The notes: a model not told the origin generated them from the sequence alone. A stretch of 64,000 nucleotides of DNA from Schmidtea polychroa (GCA_044892525.1 CM097885.1:12402001-12466000); one strand, 5' to 3'. Positions 1 to 12,610 are shown, counted from the first letter of the stretch. Translations and numbers: made by a program.

Positions 1-2114
1 ATTTATAAAATCTATTGATAAAACCAGTTATAATTAAATTTTTGTTCTAAAACTCGAAATTAAAAATATATATTACTGCACAATTTAACCAAGTAGTTGC
101 ATTGAAAAATTAAATTTATCCATCAAATAAAATCTACAACCAGTTATAATTAAAAAATAATTAAAAATAATTAAAAGATTTTTCTAAAACTCAAAATTTA
201 AAATAAATATTGCTATTATTGCTTGAAATTTAACTGTACAATATAACCGAGTAGTTGCATCCTTTTTATACGGAGTGTACAATATATTGTACACAGTTTT
301 GTGTGCTGAATATCTGTTGTACCTTTTCGAAAATATAATGTGAGAAGTACTTTTTAAGAAAATTGAAATTTGTTCTAGTACACTTTAATAATTTTGGCGT
401 CATATAGTGACATTTTCAGTATTTTTCAGTTGATTGGTCTAGATAATTAATTTACCCACAGAATTAATTCCCGAATGAAAGGGATAGAAAGATTAAATTT
501 ATCCATATTTCTTCAAATGATCATTTTTACCGGTATTCAACCGAGTTAATTACTAATTAAAATCACCTGATAGATTTCTCCCAATAAAGATCAATTTTCT
601 TTAGTCGATGTTTTAAATCAATATTTCTCAACTTTTGTCATTGTCCATCTAAATAAAGATAAAAATAATTTAAAGTTGATATCAATTCCAATTATCTGTA
701 AATATTTCATTGTCAAAACCAATTAAATCGATCATTACCAATACTTAATAAAATAATGTTCTAAACCATAAATCTAAATTAATTTACTGTGCATTAGTCA
801 CAACCTAATAAAACGATATAATTTCCCATTATTATTGATTCATAACTGACTGATGTATTGCAATTTCCCTTAAAACATTGATATTTTTACCAACATCATC
901 CTTAAAATATCATATATTCCCACCTTATCCTATCCCTCATTAAATCCAACCGATTATATCGACTTAAAAGATCATATTTTCCCATCTAAACCGATCCCTC
1001 ATTAAATATTTCTACCCTTTAAACTTCTAACCGACTATATCCCTTAATTCTACCCACTTGAAGTTATATTCTCCCTTAATCAATCAATCCTATTAAAATC
1101 CATAGAGAACCTAAAAAATATGACTTTTTATTAAATTTTATAGACACCAGACATTCTTCTATTGAAATAATTTAGAAGCTAAATAATAATAGCCCACTAA
1201 AAGATCAAATTTCATTATTTTCTACAAATATTTCACCCACCAAACACCTAACTAGAGATGATATATAATGATTGATCATAATTCTTTAGCGATTCAGCCA
1301 ATTATTTTCAAACAAATATAGCAAACTAAATTTCAGTATACCTTACAATAATTTTCAAGTAATTATAATGTCCTAGATAAAGTTAACTGGTTTCTTAGCT
1401 TATGTTTTTTAAAAGTTCATCAATGTGTAAATATTCTTAGAAAATTATTGGGAAAAAAAATTAGTCAAATGCATTACAAAGTCATCAAAAATTAAACCTA
1501 TTACTTGATTATTAACCTAACAGTCATTAAAAATTATTTTTTATTTAAAATTTAGCAAATTATCAAGAAATTCAATTAAAATCACCATTAAAATTTTAAT
1601 TTTTAATCAATCCACATGAAATTCGTAAAATTATTTAGTCAAATTCAATATCATTACAAAGTCATAATCAACAAAATTAATCCTATCATTATTAACCTAA
1701 CTATCATTAAAAATAATTTTTTTAATTAAAATGAAAAAAAACAAGTCAATAAAAAAATACAGCAAATTATCAAGAAATTAATTAATTTTATCTTAGAACT
1801 AACTTTAAATTTTTAAATATTCATTCAATCAATATGAAATTCATTAAAATGATAGAAATTCATAAAAATAATAGAAATTCACTAAAATGATAGAAGTTCT
1901 CGAAAATGATAGATATTTACTAAAACCATCAACTCTAAAAATTACCAATGAATACCTTAAACAACAAATTTGCCTAAATATTCATTCAAATTAAAGCATT
2001 AAATACCAGTACCTTTATATCAGTACCCTTGCGACATGTTGAATGTGAGTAGTACCCTTGTAATACCCATAGGGGGTCAAAACATTTTGTCGGATAAACT
2101 CAGAGTATATATAA

Positions 2115-5100
2115 TAGGGTGGGTCGAAAATTTTTTTTTTCTCCAAACATGCCTAAAAAGTTGTGCTTATGCTAGAAAATGAAATATCCCTGCAAAAGAC
2201 TGCTGTTTAAAAGGGTTTACAGGTCCCAACTTTTGTTTGTATGTATTAGTACTATCCCAGTAAAAATGCTCGCACACGTGCCATTGTAAATTCATCCTGC
2301 AAGCAGTCACACGCTTGCAGAAAGACCATTTTTGACATGCTCTATTCACAAGTCCAAGCTAACGCGTGCATGTATAGAGAGGTTAATTCACGGAAGCACC
2401 TTCACACAAGCACTCACAAAGACAATTTCTTCTGAACAATACTAACACACACACACACTACAGTCAACACATAATCCACATGGATACTACTAGTCAGTCT
2501 AAACTCAGATAATTTAATTTGTTTCGATTGGATGTCAAGTGTTTGCTGGACCTAATTAAAAAAGTTAACTTGATGATTCACTTTTATTTTGCCAGAGCTG
2601 AGTACAGAAGAGCAGTTATGAAGGGACAGAGAAATAAGCAATTTCGCAAAACAAGAAGTAAATCACGTCATTATCTGTTTGGTCAAACTTGTGAACTACC
2701 CAGAAACCAATTACCTACTTGTGAAGATGTGTTTCGTGATTACTGTTACAATGAGAAATGTACGCAATTTCATACTGGCTTTAACGAACAAGCAACTCTT
2801 CTCGCAAATAAGGTGAAGGAAATTTATATGAAGGCAAGTATCCCAACTGTTAAGTTCAGTAGTATTGTGGTTCGTGTCAAGCGACTAATATCAAAAGTGC
2901 GTGAATTAGAGAAGTATCCAGAATGCAAGAGGTCATCTGCCAAATTTCAAGATAAGTTAAGCTCGTTTTCCAAATTGTTTGACATATGTTGCTGCAAATG
3001 TTTTAATGATGGTGCTCGTGGAAGAAGTCAGTGTACATGCCGATTGGCCTTGAAAATTCCTACCTTAGAGTGGGAGTTCTGGATTGACCAACAAACTACC
3101 AGAAACATGAAAATCGGAAATACGGACAGACAGGAAACCTCAAAATTGAAGAGAAAACAAACGAAAAGTAGCCCTACAGGAAAAGGAAAACAAATGAAAA
3201 ATGAAATAATGGACACTGAAGTTAACGATCTACATCCGACCTCAAGAAGTGACACGGAGAGTGAAGCCGCTAGTGATGAAAGTAAAGATAAGTTAGACAA
3301 TTCAACAGAAAGCTCAGATTCAAGCGTAGAAGAATGTGATGAATTTCAAAATAGAAGACATTATCCTGAATTAAGTAAAGCTGTTGACAGATGTGGTGTG
3401 AGCAACAGAGACACGTGTTTGCTAGTAAACGCTTTTCTGAAAGATATGGAACTGTTATCCTCTCAAACAATCATCGATCCCGCAAAATTACGGCGTCAGA
3501 GAAAGTACTGGAGGGAGAGAGAAATTGAACAGCATTCAGCAGAAGCGAAAAACTTGATTTGCCTCGGTTTCGACGGGAAACAAGATTCCACCTTACTTCA
3601 TAGAAGGATCCTAAAAGAGGAGCATTATGTGATTGTCGCCTTTCCAGGGGATACATATATCGATCATGTTGTACCTCAAAGTAGTAAAGCTGTGGATATT
3701 GGCAAAGAAATCATGTCAATCATCGTTAGCACGCAGTCCTCACTGACCCTTCAAGCAATTGTGTGCGATGGAACCAATACAAACACCGGAAAAAATAATG
3801 GAATAATCAGAAGACTCGAAAAAAGCCTAGGGCGACCTCTACAATGGCTGATATGCTTGTTGCATGCAAATGAATTGCCATTCAGGAAGTATTTTTCAGT
3901 CGTCGATGGTGGAGAAACAAAAGGTCCAAAAACGTCATGTGGTGAAATAGGAAGCGTTCTTGATTTTGATCCAAAAGACAAGCCCGTAGTAGCCTTTATG
4001 TCCCTTCCTGGAAAGGTCGTAGATATTAGTGAAAATGTCAAGAAAGAATTGAACACTGATCAATTGTATTTCCTCAGAGTATGCTTGGCAGTCCAGAAAG
4101 GGTACCACAACAACAAGGATGTCCCTTTTCTACAAATGGCACAACCAGGAAATTTGAATCACAGTCGCTGGCTAACGAAAGCTAATAGAATTCTGCGACT
4201 ATATATGTCCGAAACTGCTCCATCTGAACCTCTCATGCGAATACTGAAATTTATTGTCAATTTCTATGGACCGTCATGGTTTTATATAAAGACTCACTCG
4301 TCATGCCAAGATGGTGCAAGAAATATTTTTTATATGCTCCAACTTCTGCAGGATTTGGATCCATCAGACCAAGAAATCATCTTTCCTGTCATTCAGAACA
4401 ACAATTACTTCTCACATCCAGAAAATATACTCCTAGCTGCTGTTGGTGATGATGATGAAGAAATCAGAAAGTTTGCAACAGAAAAAATCATAACTGCAAG
4501 ACAAAATTTTCTCCCTTCCGAAGTGATTCGCACTATGGACAAGAATACTGTCTTTCTTCAGTCGTCTGCTACATCATATGTTGACATGATTGACTGGACA
4601 AAATGTAATTTGACGCCTCCCCCTCTTTTATCTCATATATTGGATCATGAATTGAAGATGAATAAGAAAATTACATTAGAACAATTTCCCTGTCATTCTC
4701 AAGCCGTTGAAAGAGCCATCAAAGATGTTTCTTCTGCCAGTTGCAAAGTGTTTGGTCACAAGTCCAGACATGGTATGGTACTACTGTGTAAAAAATCAAG
4801 GAAGGAATTGCCCAAGGTGCAAAGCAAAGCTGATTTCATGTGACTTCTTTTTATGCCCTCGCTAATACATTTCTAAACTTTTGGCTGGATGTTTTTAATA
4901 AAAAATAATTTCGAAAGTTGATTTTTGTCTTTGAAAAGGATAATTCAAATTTGGCCCTTCCTAATCACTGACGTTGTCAGGATATATTTCAATGCGGGAT
5001 GAGGACACAGAATATACTATCTCAGCCCAAGAGAGTAAATAATATACTTATAAGCTCTTAAGAAAGCTACATCTAAATATGGACAAAGGCGCAAAACACA

Positions 5101-5290
5101 TTCCGACACTAGCCAAATTACATTGTTTTCACACTTATGTTGAACTGCATTTTCGGAGAAAAGTTGGGAGCAGTAAATGTCCATAAATCTAAGTAAAATG
5201 GTTTGATTCGATTTTTCTATACCAAAATACAACTTTTTAACCATGTTTCCTTTCTTGAGCTCAAAATTTATTAACATTCGACCCACCCTA
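2115..5290 (+). mobile_element. hAT-superfamily (hATm-like) DNA transposon, apparently complete
   Basis: Perfect 14-bp TIRs TAGGGTGGGTCGAA (2115-2128) / TTCGACCCACCCTA (5277-5290). Left flank ATATATAA; right flank (AT)n then AA, consistent with an 8-bp TSD expanded by slippage. Encloses an intact transposase ORF. Confidence 0.9.
2618..4843 (+). CDS. hAT-like DDE transposase (~741 aa from ATG 2618; open frame from 2519)
   Basis: Uninterrupted ORF with GFDGK (D1), VCDGTNTNTG (D2), WLICLLHANE (CxxH), HSRWLT and CHSQAVER (E) motifs and a Cys-rich N-terminal region. A pyrimidine-rich splice acceptor (..ttttgccag, 2595) lies just before the ATG. Confidence 0.88.
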   Translation: MKGQRNKQFRKTRSKSRHYLFGQTCELPRNQLPTCEDVFRDYCYNEKCTQFHTGFNEQATLLANKVKEIYMKASIPTVKFSSIVVRVKRLISKVRELEKYPECKRSSAKFQDKLSSFSKLFDICCCKCFNDGARGRSQCTCRLALKIPTLEWEFWIDQQTTRNMKIGNTDRQETSKLKRKQTKSSPTGKGKQMKNEIMDTEVNDLHPTSRSDTESEAASDESKDKLDNSTESSDSSVEECDEFQNRRHYPELSKAVDRCGVSNRDTCLLVNAFLKDMELLSSQTIIDPAKLRRQRKYWREREIEQHSAEAKNLICLGFDGKQDSTLLHRRILKEEHYVIVAFPGDTYIDHVVPQSSKAVDIGKEIMSIIVSTQSSLTLQAIVCDGTNTNTGKNNGIIRRLEKSLGRPLQWLICLLHANELPFRKYFSVVDGGETKGPKTSCGEIGSVLDFDPKDKPVVAFMSLPGKVVDISENVKKELNTDQLYFLRVCLAVQKGYHNNKDVPFLQMAQPGNLNHSRWLTKANRILRLYMSETAPSEPLMRILKFIVNFYGPSWFYIKTHSSCQDGARNIFYMLQLLQDLDPSDQEIIFPVIQNNNYFSHPENILLAAVGDDDEEIRKFATEKIITARQNFLPSEVIRTMDKNTVFLQSSATSYVDMIDWTKCNLTPPPLLSHILDHELKMNKKITLEQFPCHSQAVERAIKDVSSASCKVFGHKSRHGMVLLCKKSRKELPKVQSKADFM

Positions 5291-6589
5291 ATATATATAT
5301 ATATATATAACACGAATTTTAACAACACAATCGATTCAATACTCAAATAATTCCCAATTACTGAACTGATCTGATCTGACTCAATGGTCTGGTAAATTAA
5401 ATTTAATTTATTCAGTATCCTTTAAACTTTTCTTATTGAACCCAATTTATCGCACCGTTTAGTTCCAATATTTTCTCTTCTTTCCAATCTCAACTTTCTC
5501 ACTTTTGATTTCTCTAATTTTCTCTAAATTTTTAATTCAGAAATATTTTCTCGACTATTTTTTCATTTTTCCCTCGATAACTGCTTCTGATTCCATTAAG
5601 AAGACTTTTGCTTTTGTACAAAATTTATGATGTATTATTGATGTAAATAACACAAAAAATATCGATATCTAGAATATATAAGACTTTATGCTAGTTAAAA
5701 AAAGATAATTGGTTTTTGTGAAAGTTAATTATAATATGGATGAGCTGTGATAGACGATATAAGATATAGACGATACAAATGAAAAATGAAATACATGGTT
5801 TTTGAATGAATAAAATAAAATGAATGGGTTTGTGAAAGTCAATAAAATTATCAACATTGATCTAGTTTTAAAAATATTTGAATCGTCAATACCAAGTTAG
5901 AAGCCCTGCGATTTGCGATGACATCCGAGAACCTCACCACAACTGCATTAGGTCATTTCTAATATGCCAGCTTCTATGAAATATGTAAATATATTTGACA
6001 ACTTGCAAACTAGACGTTTGAGAAATTTGTGTCGTGTCACCAAGTGTCTCACCAATACGCAACTGGCATATCAGTGCGGTAAGTTAAAATGACATCAAAT
6101 AAAATTGTCGACCAATCACTGAAATAAAGTATAAGCAATTCCTAATGACATACGAGATTCTAAGTTATTTACCTGTCAGTAGTACCATGTAAGAAACTCG
6201 ATGCAACCCTTTCATCTATGTACAATTATATCAATTGATTGTATGTCAATGGTATAATTAACCACTTCTAGACTTCGGGAATGTTTTTGTTCTAAAGATT
6301 TTTTTATTTCTGTCGAGGACTGCCACGAAAGACTTTTAAAAAACTTTATTCCCAGACTATAAAAAAAACCATCAAATTAGTTTACAATTTTCAAATCCAT
6401 GTTATCATTTCTCAACTAGGTAATTGGCAAATAATTACTATATATACTAATTGAGCACATCATTTAAAAACAAAAGGTACATTGAATGTAACACTTTAAT
6501 TTAAAACTGAACAAAGACTACTAGAAATTGTAGTTTGTAAATGTAGAAGACATATAAAACGAAAATAAACACAATAAAGCAAAAATGAT

Positions 6590-6819
6590 AGAAAGCTACA
6601 TCTAAATATGGACAAAGGCGCAAAACACATTCCGACACTAGCCAAATTACATTGTTTTCACACTTATGTTGAACTGCATTTTCGGAGAAAAGTTGGGAGC
6701 TGTAAATGTCCATAAATCTAAGTAAAATGGTTTGATTCGATTTTTCTATACCAAAATACAACTTTTTAACCATGTTTCCTTTCTTGAACTCAAAATTTAT
6801 TAACATTCGACCCACCCTA
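6590..6819 (+). mobile_element. Second copy of the hAT 3' end (230 bp including the TIR)
   Basis: Near-identical to 5061-5290, ends in TTCGACCCACCCTA and is followed by ATATATAA. Confidence 0.9.
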
Positions 6820-8664
6820 ATATATAATACAACTAATGAACGAAATAAAACTTACTTACGAAAAATCTTATTCTAAAATTGTAAGCAGAGTAAAATGGAA
6901 AGATAATATCACAGAAAAAAACTAACAATGAAGGTAGTACGAATCTTCATTAATGTGAGGAAATTATTCATTACTCGATGATAATTCCAATGAGTAAAAA
7001 TAAATGATAGAAAAATTCATTAATGGATTATGGGAGGTAAATACTAAGAAGTGGCATAGATAAGATGCATGTGGATAAGAATGGATGTATTGCATTTATT
7101 TAAAATTATTTCATAAAACTTATCACTTTAATAAAAATATTTTTAAAAGAAATTAATGTCGGAGGATATAAGTGATAATAATTAATCAAAAATAGGGGAA
7201 TATAAGTGATTAGATAGTGGAAAATCGAGAATCAGAGGGTTTTAAGTGATAATAATTAGTGGAATATCGAGAATCGGGGGGATATAAGTAAGAAGGATAT
7301 ATAATTTAAATTATTTATTTTAAACTATTTTATTACATAACAAGCTGTGAATGGTACTTTATTGAGAAATATTGATTAGGAATTTTTTTTAAACGGTTTC
7401 TGATTAAGTACTTTAATACCTTAATAATTTAAATGTTTTTTGATTTACACTAAATATTTTTAATTTCAAAAGCAATTCAATCAAAATAAGTTAATATTCA
7501 AATATAAGTCTTGGAAAATACTTATAAATTTCAAAAATATCAATTTTATAGGTTTTTCAAATTCTCAAAAAAATTCCTTATTTACTTTATTTGAGAATTT
7601 GAAAAACCTATTTATAGAGATATTTATCTATAAAGAGCTCGTTCTCCTAATGTACGATGGGCAATGGGTAGCTAGCACCTAACATACTATTGACTTAAAC
7701 ATTTAACAAATTAGAATGAAAAATGGCATCGTTGTAAGAAATTTAGAATCCCAAAATCGTATAAGTCAAGAGAATAACGCAGATTAAAGTCATATAGACC
7801 AGATAATCATGCTTAAATAAATCTAAAACAAGTGCAGATTCCTGCCCAGATTCCTGTCCAGATTTTGGATAATATTGATCATTGTAGGAAATCTAAAGAT
7901 CAATTTTCAAGGATCCCTGCCTAAATCTTTTACAGAGAACATCCTCACTATTATAGGACAATAAAATCAAACTTTCAAAACGGAAAAATAAGGTCGGATC
8001 CCTTCTCAAAACGTTAATAGCTAACATTGAAAAGGAAACGTAAAACAAAACTGAGAAACAAATGTGGATCCCTGCGCAAACTTTCTTTGGTATGAAGCGA
8101 TAAGATTAGCAGAACAACCTAGAGCACCATAGAATTGTGACCCAGAATCAGTAGATCTAACAAAATTTCAAACTTGGGTTCTCAGCAAACCAAGAGAGAT
8201 ATTGTAACAACAAATCATTAGAAAAACATTTTCTTGCTTTCAATAATAAACGGAAATGAAGAAACCAAGAAATTTACTAAATAACAAACATGGCCGCTCG
8301 TCAGAAGACTTTGAAAGAGGAAATCGTAATGGATATATTTGGGGTTAAATTTAATTTTTACTTCAAATATTTGTGTACGAGGGTTAACTTCAGTGGAATG
8401 ATCGAAGCACAAGAACAAGCCAGATATTTCGATATAACTCGAAATATTTATGTCAATGAAATAATTCAACAGTTCTAAAATATCTAGCAACAAATTTAAA
8501 GAACGCCGTTTGAGAATTAATTAATAAAATTATTAGAGAAGGTATGAGTGAGTGCTCCCAGTGCGCGGAGTATCGGTCGACCATTCTTGTTATAGTCTTA
8601 GAATAACTTCTGTTTACCAATCAGCATCGTAGTGTTGGAGTTCTATTAGAAAAATTGACGAATT

Positions 8665-8940
8665 TTCATGACCATAGGGGTGGATGTTCTTACCTGCAAG
8701 ATAGATGATATTTCATTCCTGATGGCGTACGCGTAAACCAGCCGAGATTTCTGACAAAACTTCACACGACTATTTCTTAAACGACAGGACGTTCGTGACT
8801 GTCGCCACGTTGGTAATGCGTCAAGTCGGCGAAATCCATAGGACAAGTGAGATTCCTACCTTAGAACTACTCTCCCGTGACATTGCTCTCCCGGTACTGA
8901 CTGTCGATAGAAGGACTTACATCATTTCAAATTCCCTGTA
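8665..8940 (-). mobile_element. Diverged relic of the LTR U5 end, related to 13776-14040
   Basis: Colinear matches to the LTR: TAGGGGTG, GACTATT, GTTGGTA, GGCGAAA, AACTACTC, GACTGyCGATAGAAGGwCTTAC. Confidence 0.6.
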
Positions 8941-9689
8941 AGTAAGACCTCATAGGTCAGGGAATTGATATTTAAGTCTAAGAACTTTCTCTAGGTTATT
9001 GATACATTCCCAATTTGAGATACTGGACTTCACATATTTTATTTTGACGAAACACCAAATAAGAATAACTGAAACATTAATTAACTCAATAAGTCTAATT
9101 TAACGAAAACAGTAAATCCAAATAACAACCGATAAGAATGAAACGAATCACTGAGTCTCGAAGTTGGTAATTCACGTAGATGTTGATTCCCAAAAAAGCT
9201 TGCTTCCTCTTCTTCGAGTAGTCGGTCTAAGTCGAATGTCATTCGGATTACCTCCTCCATGGAGTTCCTGTGGCCAGAATAATCCTAAACTTTTGGCCGG
9301 CCTTACCGTACATGCGGCTAGGAGTGCCTCGGCTTCTGTATGCTTCGTTTTTCTCTTTTTAGTCCGTTCCGCCCACGATTATTGTTTCTGTTTCGATTTT
9401 CACGGGGCTATAAGTTGCGTGACTCCTTCCTTTGCCTTGCTGGGCACAATCGGAGCGGTGGAGGTACCAGTGAAAAAGACGTCTGGGGTGGGAGGGACAG
9501 ATACAGATTCCACGCACCCCTTGCAGGCCGTACTTGAGGTATCCATGCCCTCCGCTAGATGATGGCGGGAAATATATTGTCCTTATCCAATTCCCGGATA
9601 TTGACGATTCGGTGGTTGATCTAAGATTAAGTATAGACCTTATAGCGCGCTTGAGACGGCTTCTTCAACAATGGGTGTTACGCTCAACT

Positions 9690-9910
9690 TTCCTCTAGTG
9701 AACTATCTCGACAGTGTTTGAGTCGCAATATCTTTTTGTTGACTTCTTTCATCTGGCCGGGATTAAACCACGTCCCCTCCAGATGACCTATTTTCTTTTT
9801 AAGGAGTCCATTGTCTGTCTGTATGATCGGATGGTCGCGTTTTTATTTGAGCACAAGAAGCAGGGCTTCAGATTTACTTTCAGTGTTGAACTGATGGTCA
9901 TATTTGAGAA
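9690..9910 (-). pseudogene. Disrupted paralog of the 11811-12284 coiled-coil ORF
   Basis: Minus strand reads LLKKKIGHLEGTWFNPGQMKEVNKKILRLK, versus LKVKCRELEGTWFSPAEMKKRTTHISQLQ in the other ORF. In-frame stops on both sides; a tttag acceptor near 9911. Confidence 0.6.
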
Positions 9911-10689
9911 CTAAAAATTCCATATATTAACATAAAAATGATCTTAATGCAGTAGTTACAGAAAGATGAGATTAGGAATGGCAAAGTGAAGAAAAATTAT
10001 AGTAAAGACGCCTAAGTGATGACTTTAGTATACTGAGTATGTTAAATTTAAGGTAACCAATTTATCATGTTGGCATACACTTTTAAGGGTTTAATATATG
10101 ACGCGCAATAAAATTTGCCAATGCCTTTATCATTCTTTAAAATAACTTATTTTAACATTTCAGTGTTAAATCATATATTCCCATATGGAGGGTTCCAAGT
10201 TAAATCTAATTGTACACTACTTCAATGAATTTACTGTGAGTTCGGGCCAGGATTTTTATCAAAAACCAAAGGTAAATGCAAGACTGATAGAACGTCGCAT
10301 TTACTGTTAATGATGCTTTGCTTTCGCTTGAACCCCTGTCCTTAAGAACTAAGTTCAATTGAAAAAATAAAAAAAATTCACGGTCTGTCTCAGAAGTTCT
10401 ACTTAAAATTTGATTTTGTTTCTACAATTCGGTTATTCATATTAGTCAAGGTCTGGTGAGTGTCACTCTAGATATAATTTTATGGACTGATGAGTGATCA
10501 TGTTCGTTCTGGAAATATTGTGTGTCGTACTCTTGATCTCAATTTCCTACCTGTTTTATCATGTTCGATTTAATACCAGTGTAATCGGCATCTCATCATC
10601 AGATTTATTCTCTATCGTACGTAGGCCTACAAGGAGTACACCCGTTTGTAGTAAACAAAAGCATCTATACACCAAACACTACTGAGAAT

Positions 10690-11300
10690 TGTTTCCTATA
10701 ATAAAACAAAAAAAATCAATAATCTTACATTATAGAAACATACATACTTTGATTTCATGTTGACGTTCTCATTTAGAGTGCAGTCGGATACATTTTATAC
10801 TATAGAAATCTGAAAAGTGGAAGAAAAATTAAAAACTACACACAAACACAACACATACTAAAAACACATACAAACTTTTGATTCGTAGAAAGGTAACGAT
10901 GAGATACGTTTCTATTATAATTCTATTTTAGACCAATTTTAGAAAAAAGAAATCGTTGAAAATTTTTTAAAATATATTTTTAATGAAATTTTCAAGAGCA
11001 GATGAATTTGGCTCAATGTCTTTTCAATACAGATTTGCTTTCCTGAAAGAAGCCCCTCATATTGAGCTCAGAAAAAAACATTACAAATTTTATTTTATTC
11101 ATATTCGGCGATTTTTCCCAAAATGTTTTAGAAAAATACATTTTTGGTAATTGATTTATTTAATTATAATTAAAAACATATCTGACTCACAATTTTTCAA
11201 AATAATTCCAAAATACTTAAAAATAAATGTCATCAAATTCCTAAAAAATCTTGAAAAATAATTAAAAATAATATATAATTATTGTTAGAAGAAGACATAG
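10690..11300 (-). repeat. Dispersed intron-containing repeat family, reverse copy
   Basis: Reverse complement matches 42120-42310 and 53030-53210 (tatgtgttgtgtttgtg..., gatttctatagt, aagattattgattttt, ggaaac). Ends approximate. Confidence 0.6.
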
Positions 11301-11810
11301 TTTCACAGAAATCTTTATTCACTTCAAAAATCTAAACGGAACACACAATCGTTATACTATTTATAGTACATTGAATTGCGTAATCTACAAAAGGGAGAAT
11401 TATTAGTTTAAGTGATACTGTTGACACAGAAGACAAACATACTTACTTAATTTAGTTATATGGTGGGTTACTGGTGGTTGAATGTTTAAGTGCTGTTACC
11501 AGCGTAACCCAGAATACAACATTGTTTTCCTCTTGGTACCCGTTGAGCAATCAACGTTGGTACTGTACAAAGGGGTTGAGTACTCGCAAAATGTGAGCGC
11601 GTTAAGAGCACTATAATTGTCGAGCACTCCATGGGTTCACGGACGCCGATAGAAGGCACGTGTCCGATTTGTTTCGGTCCCTTATCGAGATTGTTTTCCC
11701 AAACGCCTTTCTGCCGACCGTCTAGTTCTGGACAATCACAAAGTTTGATCACATATTCATTAGACAACAAGAATCATTTATTTAACCACTACTATATTAC
11801 AAGGTCTGTT

Positions 11811-12284
11811 TTACTCAGGAGGGGTTGCACTCTCAAACGTTCCTCGGGATCGTGGAGTGGCTGCAGACTCTTTCGATTTTTCCTGCTCGGCCAGCCAGGC
11901 CCTTTTCAATTTGTCTCTTGTATTCCGCCCCAGTCGTTTACATTTCGGCTTGCTTGCCTGGGTAGGTGGGTATATCTTGGCCAGCTCCACCGGAAGTGGG
12001 CGAATCTGCTCGCAGAGAGTGTCCTGGATGAACCTTTCGTTCAGTTTACTTCCGAGTGAGCGCACTTGTAGCTTCAGCGCTCGGATTTCGAGTTGATCTT
12101 GCTCCGGCTGGGTCTGGAGTTGTGAGATGTGTGTTGTCCGTTTCTTCATCTCAGCCGGACTGAACCAAGTACCTTCGAGTTCTCGGCACTTGACCTTGAG
12201 TTTCTCGACCCGACTTCGAAGGTCTTCGGCTTGTTGCTGGGCCTGTTCACGGTCTTTTCGTAGATTTTCGAGGAATTTGTACAC
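11811..12284 (-). CDS. Uncharacterised coiled-coil protein with a basic C-terminus (probable terminal exon), likely element-encoded
   Basis: GC-richer open frame with a heptad-like segment (LENLRKDREQAQQQAEDLRSRVEKLK). Candidate acceptor catttag near 12284. A paralog at 9690-9910 supports coding origin. Confidence 0.5.
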   Translation of the reverse strand: MYKFLENLRKDREQAQQQAEDLRSRVEKLKVKCRELEGTWFSPAEMKKRTTHISQLQTQPEQDQLEIRALKLQVRSLGSKLNERFIQDTLCEQIRPLPVELAKIYPPTQASKPKCKRLGRNTRDKLKRAWLAEQEKSKESAATPRSRGTFESATPPE

Positions 12285-12610
12285 TAAATGAAGATAATAA
12301 TGAAGTTCCATAACTAGCTTCCATATTCGTAAAAGTGATCCGATTAATTGCATAAAATTAATAGATGAAGGATAGGGAAGGTCATATTGTCCCTGGAGAC
12401 ACCCATACGCAATAAGACCTCTATGTAATGACTAAAAGATGATTTATTATACGGTGAATACGCACGACAAACTATAATGTAAAAGCTTTAATAATAAAAA
12501 TTTCTACAATTCGTCATAATTGCTACAAAAACCACAAAAATCAAACGCAACACAGTATCACTAAATTATATCAATCAAATAGTTTCGTCCGAATTATCAC
12601 TACCGATAAG

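Noticed and set aside
5017..6815. Duplicated minus-strand ORFs 5017-5346 and 6501-6815
   Set aside because: Chance frames across the non-coding hAT 3' subterminal sequence.
10605..10665. Thioredoxin-like FTTNGCTPC on the minus strand
   Set aside because: The frame closes after a few codons and there is no further fold similarity.
11640..11670. HDV-like ribozyme reading of GCC-TTCTATC-GGC
   Set aside because: A P3/L3-like hairpin is present, but there is no room for P2 and no consistent P1 across copies, so it is not called.
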